Below are positions 1-13,269 of a DNA stretch of 64,000 bases, piece by piece. Each line of letters begins with the position of its first letter. Position 1 is the first letter of the stretch. Under the pieces are notes generated by a model. It worked only from the letters and a program-made list of their open reading frames with translations. It had not been told where the DNA came from and did not search any database. A program made the translations under genes and the position numbers. Where the stretch lies: the NCBI GenBank assembly GCA_030324005.1, contig JARDVH010000149.1, forward strand, positions 25,229,587 through 25,293,586, given 5' to 3'. This DNA comes from Negaprion brevirostris. Lineage: Eukaryota.

Positions 1-1774
1 GATTAAGTCACTCCAACCTCTATCTCAATTCATCATGTTCTTGCTTCTTTGAGTTCACTGCCTTTCCATTCTCTTTCAATCTCTTCCTTTTATGCAAACT
101 TCCCAACCCATATTCAAGACCATCGTCCTTGACCTTGGCATCTGTCATAACCTCAGACCATTAGACATCCCAAAGTGTTTTGCAATCAATTAAACAGTAG
201 CAGAATGATAGCTCTGTATCTGGAATTCAAATAGTAACTATGGGATTATGACAGAGCATTTTCATGCCAATGACATGATGAACATTATAGCTGATGTGTT
301 TGAGTCTGAGTTACTCCTGTGAGTGTAATCCTAATAAGAGTTTTTTAAAAAAATATGGCAGTTAGTCATTTTGAGTATTCATGACCCTTGCTGCTACTTG
401 ACCAAGTGTTAGGTTAATTGTGTGCAAACAAACCTCCAAGAAAAACCAACAATCATTTGAAAAATGTAAGAGTTTCCATTTAAACCTGAGGAATGCCCAT
501 TATAATGCACAGTAAAACAAGTTCAGGTATATTTGCTTACTAAAATGTATTAACACACATGCTCAGGTTTGAAACAAAAAAAAAATCAAAAGACATTCAA
601 ATTACATTTGACCAATGCTCCATCTCAACTTTATACGGTCCTTCTTTCACAGCTTTTTTAAAATAATTTCTAGATATTCTTTAAAAATTTCATTACATGT
701 TAAGTAGGTTAATATTTATTAAATACATCAGCACTTTGTGCAGATTCTCCCAAGTGCATTATCCCTGGTGTAAATTTGGACATTACAGCAGTTAGATTGT
801 TGAGGTGCATTGGATATTTGTTGGAAGTTTTGTCTTTAAAGCAGCCACCATTTCCTGCATGTCTGGTTTATGTACCATTGTTAGTGCACTCAGGGTGTAA
901 CTTCCTTCACCCTTCTGCAGACACAGCAGGGGAGATCAGCAGTAGGAGGAGGGGGAGTCTGGGTGGAGAGACTTGTTGCCAGAAGCCAATCCCTCAAGGG
1001 ACCTGCTGCTGGAAATATTCCTAACTTTCTGGCAGGCAGTCAGCTGCCCGCTCCTTTAAAACCTGACAATGTAGCTTGCTCAGCAAGCATGAGTGGCACA
1101 CTTGCCCCAAGGAAAAAATACACTCTTATTTGTGAAGATTAATTATTCATTTGTTTATTCCTGCAAGTATCTCATAGTGCTAGTACATGTGAAATAGTAA
1201 GCTTTACTTGAGTAAATGTCACGACTGAAGTCGGGATACAGAATGTCCCAGATAATCATGAGTAGCGTAACACGGTTCGTGCACTGTTCTTTCATTTCAG
1301 AGATGTGGGTTAAAATCCAGCCCTGGTTGAGGAGGAGAATGTCTCCCCTCTCAGCCAATTGTAAAATGAGTTTAGGCGGCCTCTTGATCAGGTGAGCGCT
1401 GCTCCACTGTACAAATCTGCCTGTGCTCAATGGGACAAAGTTAACAGTTTCATTCAGAAATAGAATGGCTGTTTAGTGAAATGGAAATTAACTCCAATGC
1501 TGTAGTGAGGATGAGGGAAAAGGCATAAAGTTGGGCAGAAAAGAGTTAATTTACTATGAGACTGAGAAATGTTCAACACTGCTTGCTAACCTCAGTGAGG
1601 GAGTTATTGGAGAGTGTGGCCTGATCCTGAGAGAATGTGGTAAAATAATATGGTCCAATTGTTTAACAGTTAAATTAGCCCTTTCACGGAATCAGAGTAG
1701 AATAGTGCAGCAGAGAATGATGCCATTCGGCCATGTATCTGTGTTGATCATCTTGTATCTGTGACCTCTGGTTA

Positions 1775-2058
1775 AATCATAGATCAAAGAATCCCTAGTG
1801 CAGAAGGAAGCCATTCAGCCCATCAAGCCTGCACCAACAACAATCCCACCCAGGCCCTAATCCCAAAATCCCACATCTTTGCTCTTCTAATCCCCCTGAC
1901 ACTAAGGGGCAACTGAGCGTGGTCAATCCACCTAAGCTGCACATCTTTGGACTGAGAGGAAACCGGAGCAACATGGGGAGAATGTGCAGACTTTGCACAG
2001 ACAGTGACCCAAGCTGGGAATCAAACCCGGGTCCTTGGTCCTGAGAGGCAGCTGTGCT
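1775..2058 (-). mobile_element. HE1 (V-SINE) element
   Basis: Reverse complement of the tRNA head, V-domain (ggagtttgcacattctcccc…ggtttcctc) and CR1/HER1-derived tail (gccattcagcccatc). Confidence 0.85.
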
Positions 2059-2109
2059 AAAACCTGTACCAGTATACCATCCGGTTATCAACACTTCAAC
2101 CACTGAAGA

Positions 2110-2615
2110 CAGTTTTGATTTTTATACTCTGTCTAGACAACTCATCTTTTTAAATACCTCTACCAAATCTCCTCTTAGCCTTCTCTGCTCTAAGGAGAAC
2201 AAGCCCAACTTCTCCCGTCTATCCCATGTCACTAAATCTTCAACCCTGCAACCGCTCTAGTAAATCTCTCCTGTACCTTCTTCAAAGCATTCACGTCTTT
2301 TTTTAATGTGCAGAGCCCAGAATTGGACACAATACTCCAGTTGGGCTGAAGTCCATACTTTATATAGGTTTAGCATTACCACCTGTTTTGTTGTACATTA
2401 TACCACTTATTTCTAAAGTTCAAAATCCAAGGTGCTTTGTTAACTGTTTTGTGCACCTCCTATCACCTTCAAGGATTTGTGCACAAATACCCTCAAGAAC
2501 TTCTGTTCGTGCACTCCATCTAAAATGGTACCATTCAGTTCTTCACTCTCCTTCCAAACTTCATACTTTTCTGCTTAAACTACCTACCAAGTTTCATGTC
2601 ATCTGTAAATGTTGA
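2110..2615 (-). mobile_element. CR1 LINE RT fragment
   Basis: ccttctctgctctaaggagaacaagcccaacttctcc…ccagaattggacacaatactccag is the reverse complement of CR1 LEYCVQFW. Confidence 0.7.
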
Positions 2616-2694
2616 AATTGTGCTCAGTTAAAGGCAACTAATAAGGTACAGGATAGCAGTTTGGGTAAAGTCAACCAGTCTAGTGAGAAGAGAC

Positions 2695-2809
2695 AGAGTG
2701 ACATATTTTACTGGCACGCCTGCCCCAATTCTGGGGCGGGTGAGGCTCAGAACGGCATTTTCTGTTGGCCTTGGGCGGTACCATGTGGACATACTGGTGA
2801 AATTCTGCC
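2695..2809. mobile_element. Short degenerate MITE (Harbinger-like)
   Basis: Right end ggtgaaattctgccc resembles the TIRs above, left end is degenerate, GC-rich interior. Confidence 0.4.
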
Positions 2810-5037
2810 CAGAGAATATAAACTCAAAATAGCCATTCAACTATAAGCACCAAAAATGCTGTTGGCAGGTAGATAGCATAATATACATTAAATTATCCAT
2901 GCTTTGTTTTTCCTTGATATTAATTTCAGGTAACACCTTTTTTCAGTTGATTGTCTTGTTCCTACATATAACTAATTTATGTAGCATTCTTTTTCCTAAT
3001 TAATGTAGTGGCATGTGTTGCGAATTAGAATAGTCATTGTTTGTGAATAATTTACAGATTCAGTGATATATTTTGTTGACACTTGGAAAAGAAAGGAGAG
3101 GAAATAAAAAATTACTCAACAAAACCCTAATCAAAAAAGGTTGATTGAATTCAAGATGAATACTAACATACTGTTGGTTATCATTACATCAGAAGTAAGT
3201 GACTGCGCAAGCATAAAAGAGACGTGTCCTGCAGTATTCTGAGCGCCTTATTCTGAGAATAAGGAATAAGGAAAGATTACATGCTGCGGTCACTTGAATC
3301 AGCAAACACCAATGAGAAAAAAACACCCAACACTGTGAAATGTTCCACACATTAATTCTCTCTTACAAGTTCAGCAAGATAAACTTGTCCACATTCATCC
3401 TCACTTAGTCCAAATGTTCTTTGTTCCAACTGAGTTGCACAACAGTCTGCGTAATGTTGCACAGGCAGAGAACTTGACAAATGCAGAAGTGTGATTTTGA
3501 AGGATGTTGGTAGGTGGTCCAAAAATAGTCATGTTGAAACGTACACAAATTGGCATTTGCATTATTGCTGGCTTTCTGATAGATTTCAGTCATCTTTAGA
3601 AAAGGTTCCCTACAAGAAAATAGGACACGTTTGAGTAACTGTTTGCCTCCAAAAGCTGAGTAACATGATTTTGGGACACGGTTATCTTTCAGTTAAATTG
3701 TGTGTGCAATCCAGGTACATAATGACAGTTTAAAGGTAGCGCGATCTATCTTGTAAGAAGCCAGTGTGCCACACTACACTTGCAATCTCAGTGGAAGCAC
3801 TGATCTGAATAATGGATACAAAAATAAAGCAGAGTATTTATTACCATACCTGAAGCTGACTTAATGAACTGTGCAGTTCCATCAGCATTCCGCTCGACTC
3901 AAATTATTTACATAGTGCATAAAGAATCCCCAACCAAAGGTTGCAAACATAAACCATTCATTCAGAACAGCGCCCTTAATCAAACAAATTAACCATTCTA
4001 TAATATTCACAAGATTAATGTTTTAAAAGAAGACATGTTATGACTTCTAACCTATGTTGCTGTCCTCGGCTGTGCAAATAGACTGAATTTCTTAAGCTTT
4101 GAAATCGTGAACGATTATGAGAGGGAAGGGTGGGAACATTCCACTTGGCTGACAAGGATGTATTGAAGAATTATGCCTGGATCAGCAATTCAAAATAATA
4201 GCCAACAGGCAGCTATCTGGTACATTAGTATTGTACGTGAAGCTGAAAGTAAACTAGATCAGGCCAGTTTATGCAGAATGAATTGCAGTATTTTCCATTG
4301 TTTATATTCCCCAACCAAGCTGAATGGATGTCTCTGCAGATTTTATTGTTCACTGTGTTGTTCCACTACATGTGCTTGTGATAATGATCACACAACCAGA
4401 CGTGCCAGCAGATTATCTATTCTTTAATTGTATCTGTGGCATCTTATCCTCCTACAAAACACTGAATTGTGTGGCTAAAGGTCAAATGAGAATCACGTTA
4501 CGACATATCTTAAGTATTTTGGAATTGAACCGTAGCAAAATTACAAGTGGAATTTTAGTGTGGGAAGATAGCAATTGCCTCTTTTCCTGCTGTTTATTGA
4601 TTCTAGAACTCTTATCAATGTTCCCAGTGAATAAAAGTTTTGTTGGTGTCAGTATTATTGTCACTATGGCACATTATTCTTCATAAGCAAATGGGATGAT
4701 TAAAGAATGAAACCAGTAAACCAAATGCTCCATTTTAGTGACCAGCCTGCACAGTGGTTAGCACTGCTGCCTCACAGTGCCAGGAACCTGGATTCAATTC
4801 CAGTCTTGGGTCACTGTGTCTGTCTGGAGTTTGCACATTCTCCCACACAGATATAGCCTGATATTCCATTATCAGCATTTATCACATCTGTTTCTNNNNN
4901 NNNNNNNNNNNNNNNNNNNNNNNNNNNNNNNNNNNNNNNNNNNNNNNNNNNNNNNNNNNNNNNNNNNNNNNNNNNNNNNNNNNNNNNNNNNNNNNAATGT
5001 TTGAAATGATACTTGAAACTTGTACATCTGATGTGCT

Positions 5038-5092
5038 AAGTGTAATTTTACAAGATGTAAATTTTAAATTTACATCTTGTAAAATTACACTT
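5038..5092. repeat. Perfect 27-bp-arm palindrome with 1-nt spacer
   Basis: aagtgtaattttacaagatgtaaattt-t-aaatttacatcttgtaaaattacactt. Confidence 0.95.
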
Positions 5093-5212
5093 GTATTTTA
5101 AATTTTTATTTTTACATTTTAAATTTACATTTTCGTGGTGCTCTCTGGGTGCTCTGGTTTCCTCCCAAAAATGTGCAAGTGAGGTGGATTGGCCATGATA
5201 AATTGCCCCATT

Positions 5213-5359
5213 GGGCGGGATTTTCCGGTCACGCTCGCCCCAAAACCAGAAAATCCCACTCGAGGTCATGGTCTACCATTACCACCACCACCAACCCCCC
5301 CCCCCCCCCAACTTGCCCACTATGATTCCGGTGGTGGGTGGGACAGGAAAATTCCTCCC
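5213..5359. mobile_element. 147-bp MITE (Harbinger-like TIRs) inserted in a HE1 SINE
   Basis: TIRs GGGCGGGATTTTCC / GGAAAATTCCTCCC (12/14). Sits at HE1 aattgcccc|ttagtgtcc, with att on the left and tta on the right. Confidence 0.75.
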
Positions 5360-6594
5360 TTAGTGTCCAAAGATGTGTAGGTTAGATGGATTAGCCATGG
5401 TAAATGCATGGCATTACGGGGTTAGGGAGAACCTGGGGAGGATACTTTTTCAGAGAGTTGGTGCAGACTCAGTGGGCTGAATGGCTTCTTTCTGTACTGT
5501 AGAGATTCTAAACTATGGCTGATTTTCAGCTCATGAGTGTATCAGATGAATGCACCCTTTGGAAAGTCACATCATGCATTCATGGCATTTTGAAACCAAA
5601 GCTGTTTTTCAACTTGCTACATAAACACAGCCAATGAATAGAGGGAAAGGAAATGACAGAATCGAACACATTCCACAGATTGCACTATTTAGATTGTGCA
5701 ATCTTAATCCTTACTCCATTAAATGAATCTGCCACGTGGCCACTATTTTTATCATGGTGGTTCAATTTTAAATCATGTAAACATAAAAATGGTACGTATA
5801 TTTTTCATACCACATGTTTGATAGACAGTGGATACAACAGTTACAAGGAGTGGATGAAACAACAAATGACTCTTTACACCATCCAATGAGCAAATACCAT
5901 ATTCAGCAGAGCACCATATGCATACAACTTGCTAAGCGAGTCATCAGTAAAAATTTTAGATCTTTGCAAGTAAGAGATCAGAACAAGGAGCATCAGAAAG
6001 GAGCAGTCTCTGATTTCGGGAGCTTCTTTCCCATCCCCTCTCCCAAAATATATTCACACTAAGAAACCTAGTTTCTCTATTGAGAATGTTTCTTTGTCAC
6101 TTGCATGTACCCGATAGACCGCTGGGGATGTGACTTGTACTAATGAACAGCACCAGTGCAGTGAGGACATTTAGGTTGGACTGGACTAAATAGAAATGCA
6201 GGAAGGGAAAAGGGACATGAAGGTTCATGAAAAATGACAAGGATGTATTGATGGTACAGAGAATCTGCCACCAGATCAAATGGTGAAAGGTAACTGGCCA
6301 AGGAAGAGATAAAGAGAAAGGAAAGAAACAAAGGGCTTTGTCTTAAAATGCTTAAATTTTCTGACAATTTGCCTTACCTGATTGCAGTTAGTGTAACCAT
6401 ATATATATGTGTATGACCACAATGAAAATTCCAGGACAAAATTTAAGAGCTTTGCCTAGGAGATTTATATTCCCTTGACAAGTTAGATCTTTATTGAAAC
6501 TGTGACAATGGAAAAATACACATTTTAAAGTATTGATATTGTTTTTTGTTGTTCACTTAAGTTCTCTTTTTAATCATTTTAACCAATGCTTTAA

Positions 6595-6752
6595 CCATAA
6601 AGCATTCAGATAGTTACATGGGTACAATGGATATAGAGGGATATGGGCCCTATGTGGGCAATTGGGATTAGCTTAGGGGCTTCAAAAAAAAATGTACGGC
6701 ATGGACAAGTTGGGCCAAAGGGCCTGTTTCCATGATGTAAACCTCTATGACC
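6595..6752 (+). mobile_element. CR1 3' end
   Basis: atagagggatatgggcc…gggccaaagggcctgtttccatg…ctctatga. Confidence 0.7.
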
Positions 6753-7249
6753 CTAACCAAATATAGATTTCTACCAAATCTTAAATAGCAGCTTTCACAA
6801 GCATTCTGTTGCAGCTAATTTCTGGGATATTGTCAATCCGTTATAGTGCAACAGTGCACAAAGCCAAAAGAATATTGCCACACTATCTTTGTGTTCATAA
6901 ATAATGCTCGGACAGTACTAATGCCTTCACAGAAAACTGGTGAAAATCTATCATTTGTGAATGTGTGTGTGTGTGTGTGCATGCTTTATTCATGCCTGGC
7001 CAACTCCTTCAGGACCCCTGGACACTGTCATGGTGACAGCCCATTGAAGATAATTGCCTGCCTGAAATCAAATCTAGCTTAGCTTAACGTTATTAAAGGC
7101 AAGTGGCGCACTGGACCAAGAAAAAATGGAAGCCATCCAGGCATGATAGGATCAGGCTAGTGGGAACTAAACATTAATCTGTTTGGTTTGATTTGGCAGA
7201 ATGTTGTGCACGTTTCCATCAAGGAACCTAGTACGAAAATGAGTAAAGA

Positions 7250-7790
7250 ATCTTCAGAGAAAGTTTACATGACTGATTCCTGCGATGAAGGGGTTATCTT
7301 GAGGAAAAATTGGAAAGGTCAGGCCTCCCTTGCAATTTGGAAGAATGAGAGGTGACCTTATTGAAACATATTAGATCTTGAGGAGACTTGACAGGCTAGA
7401 TGCTGGAAGGATGTTCCCCTTGTGGGAGAGACTAGATTTTGAGGACATCATTTAAAAATAAGGTGTCTTCTATTTATGATAAGGAGAATTTTTTTCCCAG
7501 AGGGCCATTTGTCTGTGGAATTCTCTTCTCCAGAGAGCCGTGCAGGCAAGGTTCATTGAAAATCTTGAAGCCTGAGTTAGACAGATTCTTGATGAGGGAG
7601 TTGAAGATTACAGCCAGTAGACAGGAAAGTCTGATATTTAATGGTTGGCATAGCCATGGCGAGCTGAAGGGTCTGTGTATGACTCTATGCCCAGAATTGA
7701 GGCCACAATCAGGTCAGTCGTGATCTTATCAAATAGCAAAGATGGCTTGAGAGGCTGAATGGCCTATTGCCATTCCCTATATTCACATGA
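7250..7790 (+). mobile_element. CR1 LINE 3' fragment
   Basis: RRMRGDLIETY-like (agaatgagaggtgaccttattgaaaca), LWNSL, ELDRFL and the 3' UTR ggctgaatggcct. Confidence 0.8.
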
Positions 7791-7897
7791 CACGTGAACT
7801 CAGAAGCAGATAGTCTGCACACAAATGCAATTAGTTTGTGCACATTTGCTATCTTAAAGCATTGTGTAACATTTTCAGACTATATAATCCTTAATAG

Positions 7898-8025
7898 TGA
7901 TGGCACAGTGGTTGGCACTGCAGTCTCACAGCACCAGGGACCTGGGTTCGAGTCCTGGCTTGGGTCACTATCTGTTTGGAGTTTGCACATTCTCCCTATG
8001 TCTGCGTGTTCCGGTTTCCTTCTAC
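7898..8025 (+). mobile_element. HE1 SINE 5' portion
   Basis: ggcacagtggttggcactg…gggttcgagtcc…ggagtttgcacattctccc. Confidence 0.8.
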
Positions 8026-8309
8026 TTTCATTGCATGCATACTCAATCACTTTCATGTGTACACATACTCTCTGTGACCCCAGGGTCAGTCGCATCCCAT
8101 TGCGGCAACTTGATCACTGACTGCATGCCAATATTGGCTTGATACTGCTTTGCAGTGAAGACTCTGGGTGGATCTTTGCTAAGTGGGTTAACATTATCTC
8201 TGCTTCTGTGCAGATAGACCTTCTCTACCATTATTCAGACTTCTGCTGCGGTATTAAAATACAGGTTTCATCATCTGAAACATGCAATGTGTCATTTATA
8301 ACAGCAACT

Positions 8310-8622
8310 TGTGGCACAGTGGCTAGCACTTGTGCCTCAAGGTGTCAGGGACCCAGGTTCGATTCCAGCTTTGGGTACCTGTGTGTGTGGAGTTTGCACA
8401 TTCTCTCTATGTCTGCGTGGGTTTCTTCTGGGTGCTTCAGCTTCCTCCCACAGTCTGAAGATGTGCAGGTTAGTTGGATTGGCCATGCTAATCTGCCCCT
8501 TAATGTCAGGGGTTTAACAAGGTAAATGCATGGGTTTATGGGGATACACCTGAGTGGGATTGTTATCCGTGCAAGCTTGATGGGCTAAATGGCCTCCTCC
8601 TGCACTGTAGGGATTCTCTGAT
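8310..8622 (+). mobile_element. HE1 SINE, near full length
   Basis: Head, V-domain and tail gatgggctaaatggcctcctcctgcactgtagggattct. Confidence 0.9.
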
Positions 8623-8624
8623 TT

Positions 8625-8835
8625 ACAAAGCATCTTTAAAGTAATAAAATGCCCCAAGATCCTTCACACAAACGTTACAGACCAGGTTTTTTTCCACCAA
8701 GTCGTTCAGGGATCTTATGACTGGTGACCTAAAAGTTAAATCAAAGGGGTCGGATTTTATGGAGCGACTTAAAGGAGCCGAGAGAGAGGTTGAGTAGTGA
8801 AGAACTTTGTGGAAGAAATGCACGGAAAGCGAAGG
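8625..8835 (-). mobile_element. Degenerate L2 3' fragment
   Basis: Same tail as 19840-20085 (gacctaaaag…tcaaagggg…ttttatggagcgacttaaagg). Confidence 0.5.
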
Positions 8836-9339
8836 ACCACCTATTTTGCAGATTGCAGAGAAATCTGCTCAACCTTTTCATTTGAGGAAATTATTGCAGA
8901 GCTAATGCTCACAGTTGTTAGCACTCGGTAACTGTGGTGTAATGCTGTCTGCTCCTGATAACAGTTATTAAAGTAGCACCAACTGAAATATTTAACTTGC
9001 AGATTCAGCAATATTTTCGTAACAGTTGGGAAAAAAGCTGCTACGGCAAAATAGCAAAACCTTGCCTGAGCACCAGAGAATGTTGGAGGTCATGTGGGAC
9101 CTAATGTAGAACTGGTCTCCCTATCAGCAATTACATTTCCCCATTGAGCACTGAAATTGTGCTGCCCCCAGAAAAATATAGGCATTGGCGAGAGATGGAT
9201 TCTATTGCAAATCCATTCTGGAGAACCTTTAAAACACTAAGCAACTACGAAATTTAAGATTTTCTTCATGATGCAAATGAGGATGTGCTTTTTTAAAAAA
9301 GAAAGATACAATTTATAATTCTTCCTTTTCTGGCTGCAT

Positions 9340-10140
9340 GTTAATAAAAGATAAACTGAAGACAATGGAGGACTGCCAGCCAGTTACAAAATGCAAGCCT
9401 GCATTCCACCAAGTGGGATGAAAAGGACCAGGCACTGAAACCCCGTGGAGAGCATGAAATGCTCTATCTCCTGTGAAACTTCTCAAAAATTTCTGTGATG
9501 AGACTGAAAATTTAATTACCTATAAACAGTGACTGCAGTAGACATGGATTAATCAAACTGCTCTGAAGTATATAGCCAGCAGAATACTTTAAGGACTGTT
9601 CACCGAACCATGAGACAGAGAGCTGAAGCTGTTTGACCTCTGTCTCTCTCTATTGCTCTCTTTCTTGGAAGTATTGTGCCTGGATTTGCAAAGTAACCAT
9701 CCTGAAAAGAGAACGCTACTGCAAACCAAAATTTTTTAGAAGGAAAAGGTGGAAATCTGCTCGATACAACTACACCCAGGAAGACAGTGGATCAAAACAG
9801 CCAAAGGACAGCTAACCATGTACTCCTTTGTTTTATCTTCTTCGTGAGCTGCAAAAAAAACTTTTTAATTCCAACATCTTCTACTACCATGAATACTGAT
9901 GTAAGTGTGTGGACTCATGGAATGTGCATGATGTATAAATGGTGTTGCGATTTACTAAGTTTTTTGAAAATTCAGAATTTCAATAATTATATTTTGTTCT
10001 AACTCCAGAAAAACTGCCCAACTAATTCTTTGTAGAGAAAGTGTAAATAATGGGATACGTGCAATATTGGCCAAGCACAGCTTCTCTAAATTCACAAAAA
10101 AACCCTGTCATGGTCAGACCTGGAGTGGTAGAATAAGGGA
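9340..10140 (+). mobile_element. Possible long solo LTR-like repeat
   Basis: Composition and motifs resemble recalled shark Gypsy LTRs (tatata box at 9569, …ccctgtcatggtcagacctggag end). Termini not resolved. Confidence 0.25.
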
Positions 10141-10148
10141 ATAATTTT

Positions 10149-10755
10149 TAAGAACATAAGAAATAGGAGCAGGAGTAGGCCATCTAGCCCCTCGAGCCTG
10201 CCCCGCCATTGAAAAAGATCATGGCTGATCTGTCGTGTCTCAGTTCCACACTCCCGGCCTCGCCCCAAANNNNNNNNNNNNNNNNNNNNNNNNNNNNNNN
10301 NNNNNNNNNNNNNNNNNNNNNNNNNNNNNNNNNNNNNNNNNNNNNNNNNNNNNNNNNNNNNNNNNNNNNGATCTTACTGAATGGCGGGGCAGGCTCGAAG
10401 GGCTAGATGGCCCACTCCTGCTCCTATTTCTTATGTTCTTCTGTTCTTATGAAGGGCCTATTTATCAGAGAGGTTAGTGACTGGGGGCATAGGTTTAAAG
10501 CGGTTGGTAGAATGATTAAAGGGGAGATGAAGGAAAATGTTTTTACTCAAAGTTGTGGGGGCCCGGAAGCTCATTGCTGAAGGCAGAATCCTTCATCATT
10601 TAAAAAGTGTCTGGATGGACACCTCAACTGCCATAACTTACAGGGCTTTGGATAAAAATGCTGGAACGTGAGATTAGGCTGGGTGACTTTTTTTGCCAAC
10701 ACAGACACAGTAGGCTAAGTGGCCTTTTTCTGTGTCAAAAACTATCTATGATCCT
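10149..10755. mobile_element. Cluster of CR1 3' ends: minus 10149-10269, plus 10370-10441 (facing across a gap), older plus 10450-10755
   Basis: taagaacataagaaataggagcaggagtaggccatctagcccctcgag and its reverse complement. The same young end occurs at 45311-45372 and a related one at 18722-18820. Confidence 0.75.
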
Positions 10756-11956
10756 ATTTGATTCTGACACTTGTTATTAGTGATGTGCAAATGGTTGAGG
10801 AGAGGGATGAGTACTTGTTTAAATATAATTGTCCAAAACTTTCCGTTTGTGTTGTGCACTCTACCACTAGTTTTCCAAAAACGATATCGTGCTGTCCAAC
10901 CTAACCATTAAAAAGCACTCAACAACATAGAGTTACTGCATTTGGCAAGATAGATCCAAACTGAACTGAATACAATGTTAATCCTATAAATTTCACTCCC
11001 AGTAATATTATAATCATCTGATGTGGGTTAATTACCATCAGACATCCTGTGTGACATTGAAAGTTACAACTGTGGATTCTCAATCCTTCAGTTTTAGTTG
11101 AAAATTTAAAAAACGTAATTTTTTTTTAAAAATTGCTTTTTCTTCACCTCCCCTAATTCAATTTCAAAATGAAGGATGGCAGAAAGTGACCTCCATGCCT
11201 TTGACAAAAAATTGCATCATAAAATACCACATAGCAAAAATATCATCTGAATCAGAATGGAAAACTGATAATACCTGACAACTCTGGGGGGGGAAAATCC
11301 TTTGCGTGAGCATGCCTTCAGAAGTAAATAAAACAGAATGTAATTTCCGCACAGGTTATTAATCTCAATATGATATGCCAAACTACCTGTCAGAGCAGCA
11401 GCTTGGCTGCTTTCGCACAGTTTTAACTGGATTATGTTTAAATTGGGAGATTTGAGATCGTGAAATCAAAAGGTTGACTGAGAGCATGTCGATGTGAAGC
11501 AAAGCCTGAGCTGTTGACAGCTGCTCTGCGGGGTGGACTTTGATGTTAGCAAAGCCACCCAGAGTTGAGGGCTATGAGAAAGAGTGCAGTGTTGTCTGAA
11601 TTAAACCCCAGCGAGTGTAACACAGTCTAGATCCAAAGTAAATTTTACATCTAACGTGGTAAATGCTGTGTCATGATCCCTGCTTTTACCTCCTCACCAC
11701 TGCTAACCCTTTCACATTATTTCTGTTGACTTTCCGAGTTGATGCTGGATGTCAGCCAGTATGAGAAGTGGAATTTAAATTTAACAAGCGTGGGGGAGGA
11801 GTGCAGTCTCTCTGAAAACAAATGCATGAATTTCTTTATACAGAAACACTCTCTTCTGCTTTGACCAAAATGCAAGCAGGTGGCATTCCAGGGCAGGATT
11901 GTTTGGATGCTGGAGCTTTCTACCTTACCACCCAAAGAGTCAGCGGGAAACACATT

Positions 11957-12795
11957 GGGCCCTATTTTACCATTTTCATTCAAAGTGCTGGGCAGACTTG
12001 AAACTGGGAGTGTTCCAGATCTGACTTTTAGACCGATTCTGGAGCACCCCTGTATGAATTCTGCCTGAAAAAATATCAGTGATTCCGAATGGTGTTGCAG
12101 ATGCCTGTGGGCAAGGCTTACCATGCTTGCAACCCTTCAGCTCCGATCAGCTTTTTCTGTGCCTGCACAGAAAAAAAAATTGATGGAATGCTGCTCCCCT
12201 GCCACATCCCTCTCAAGCCAGATAATGCCTCACCCTGTCCCCACAGACATTGCTCCAACCCTACAACATTACTGACCCCCTTATCCCCTCACCCATCCTG
12301 CCGTCCAGACCAATCGCAGCCCTTCCCCTCCACTGATCTCAGGCAGAGTGGCAGCAGCACCTGCCCGCCTGCCCCACCCACCCCCCCCANNNNNNNNNNN
12401 NNNNNNNNNNNNNNNNNNNNNNNNNNNNNNNNNNNNNNNNNNNNNNNNNNNNNNNNNNNNNNNNNNNNNNNNNNNNNNNNNNNNNNNNNAGCGGATGCTA
12501 GACACCTACCTCCTCACTAACTGGAGCACCCGAACCACACTTCAATGGAGCATGTCTGTTTCACGTTGATTCTGGATGGGTGAACATGGTGATAAAGGGA
12601 GAAGTGCCGGTAAAGTTGGGTGTGCAGCCCATTAAGTAAATTTAAATGCATGTCTTGATTGTGGCCATTTTCAGGCCTTGCTAAAGGGGGAACCAGTGCC
12701 GAGGTGGGCGCAGATCACACTGCTCATCTCCCACCTGAACTTTACCAAGTGTTTTCGTGCCCAAAAATGGGCGCAACACTGATAAAATTGGGCCT
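11957..12795. mobile_element. Non-autonomous DNA transposon (Harbinger-like TIRs, ATT TSD)
   Basis: Left att|GGGCCCTATTTTACC, right GATAAAATTGGGCCT|att. GC-rich interior with a gap at 12390-12489. Confidence 0.7.
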
Positions 12796-13269
12796 ATTGC
12801 ATTTCCACCGATACTGGCTGCTCCACAGCCATTTAACATTCAGAACAACATTCACTGGCCGGAGTTGGGACTTCAGCTCCTCACCTCAGAAAGAAGTCCT
12901 TCCTCAGAAAGCAGTAATACAGTAATAGCAATAATGTGGTATCAACCACATTATGTAAGTGCTTAAGACTGATAATATAAGACATGAAATAAGCTAGTAT
13001 AACACCATATGCATTGCTAGAGGCTTGGGGGGAGGTGTACTATAAAGGTCTGGCACTTACAGGTCTAATGTGGAACTGAATACAGCACCAACCACACAGT
13101 GGTGTAAGAAGGCACATTGTCCAGATCCAGTATAGTGTTGAGCAGAGATGGGAGGGAGATAGCTCCTAGCCTGTGTCTTTTACTATCCATATGTAAAACA
13201 GTTCAACTTGTTAATACAGACTTACAGTTAATCTACTGAAGACTAGATTCTTTAAGAGATAATAATATT

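Larger units (their letters stand above)
4749..5515 (+). mobile_element. HE1 SINE interrupted twice (gap/AT-rich insert 4847-5133; MITE 5213-5359)
   Basis: cacagtggttagcactgctgcctcacag head, resumes gggtgctctggtttcctccc, tail gggctgaatggcttctttctgtactgtagagattct. Confidence 0.85.

Noticed and set aside
6962-6979. (TG)9 microsatellite
   Set aside because: Real but ordinary.
10149-10441. Long inverted repeat suggesting a TIR element or hairpin
   Set aside because: Both arms are CR1 3' ends separated by a 100-N gap of unknown size. They are probably two separate copies or a scaffolding effect.
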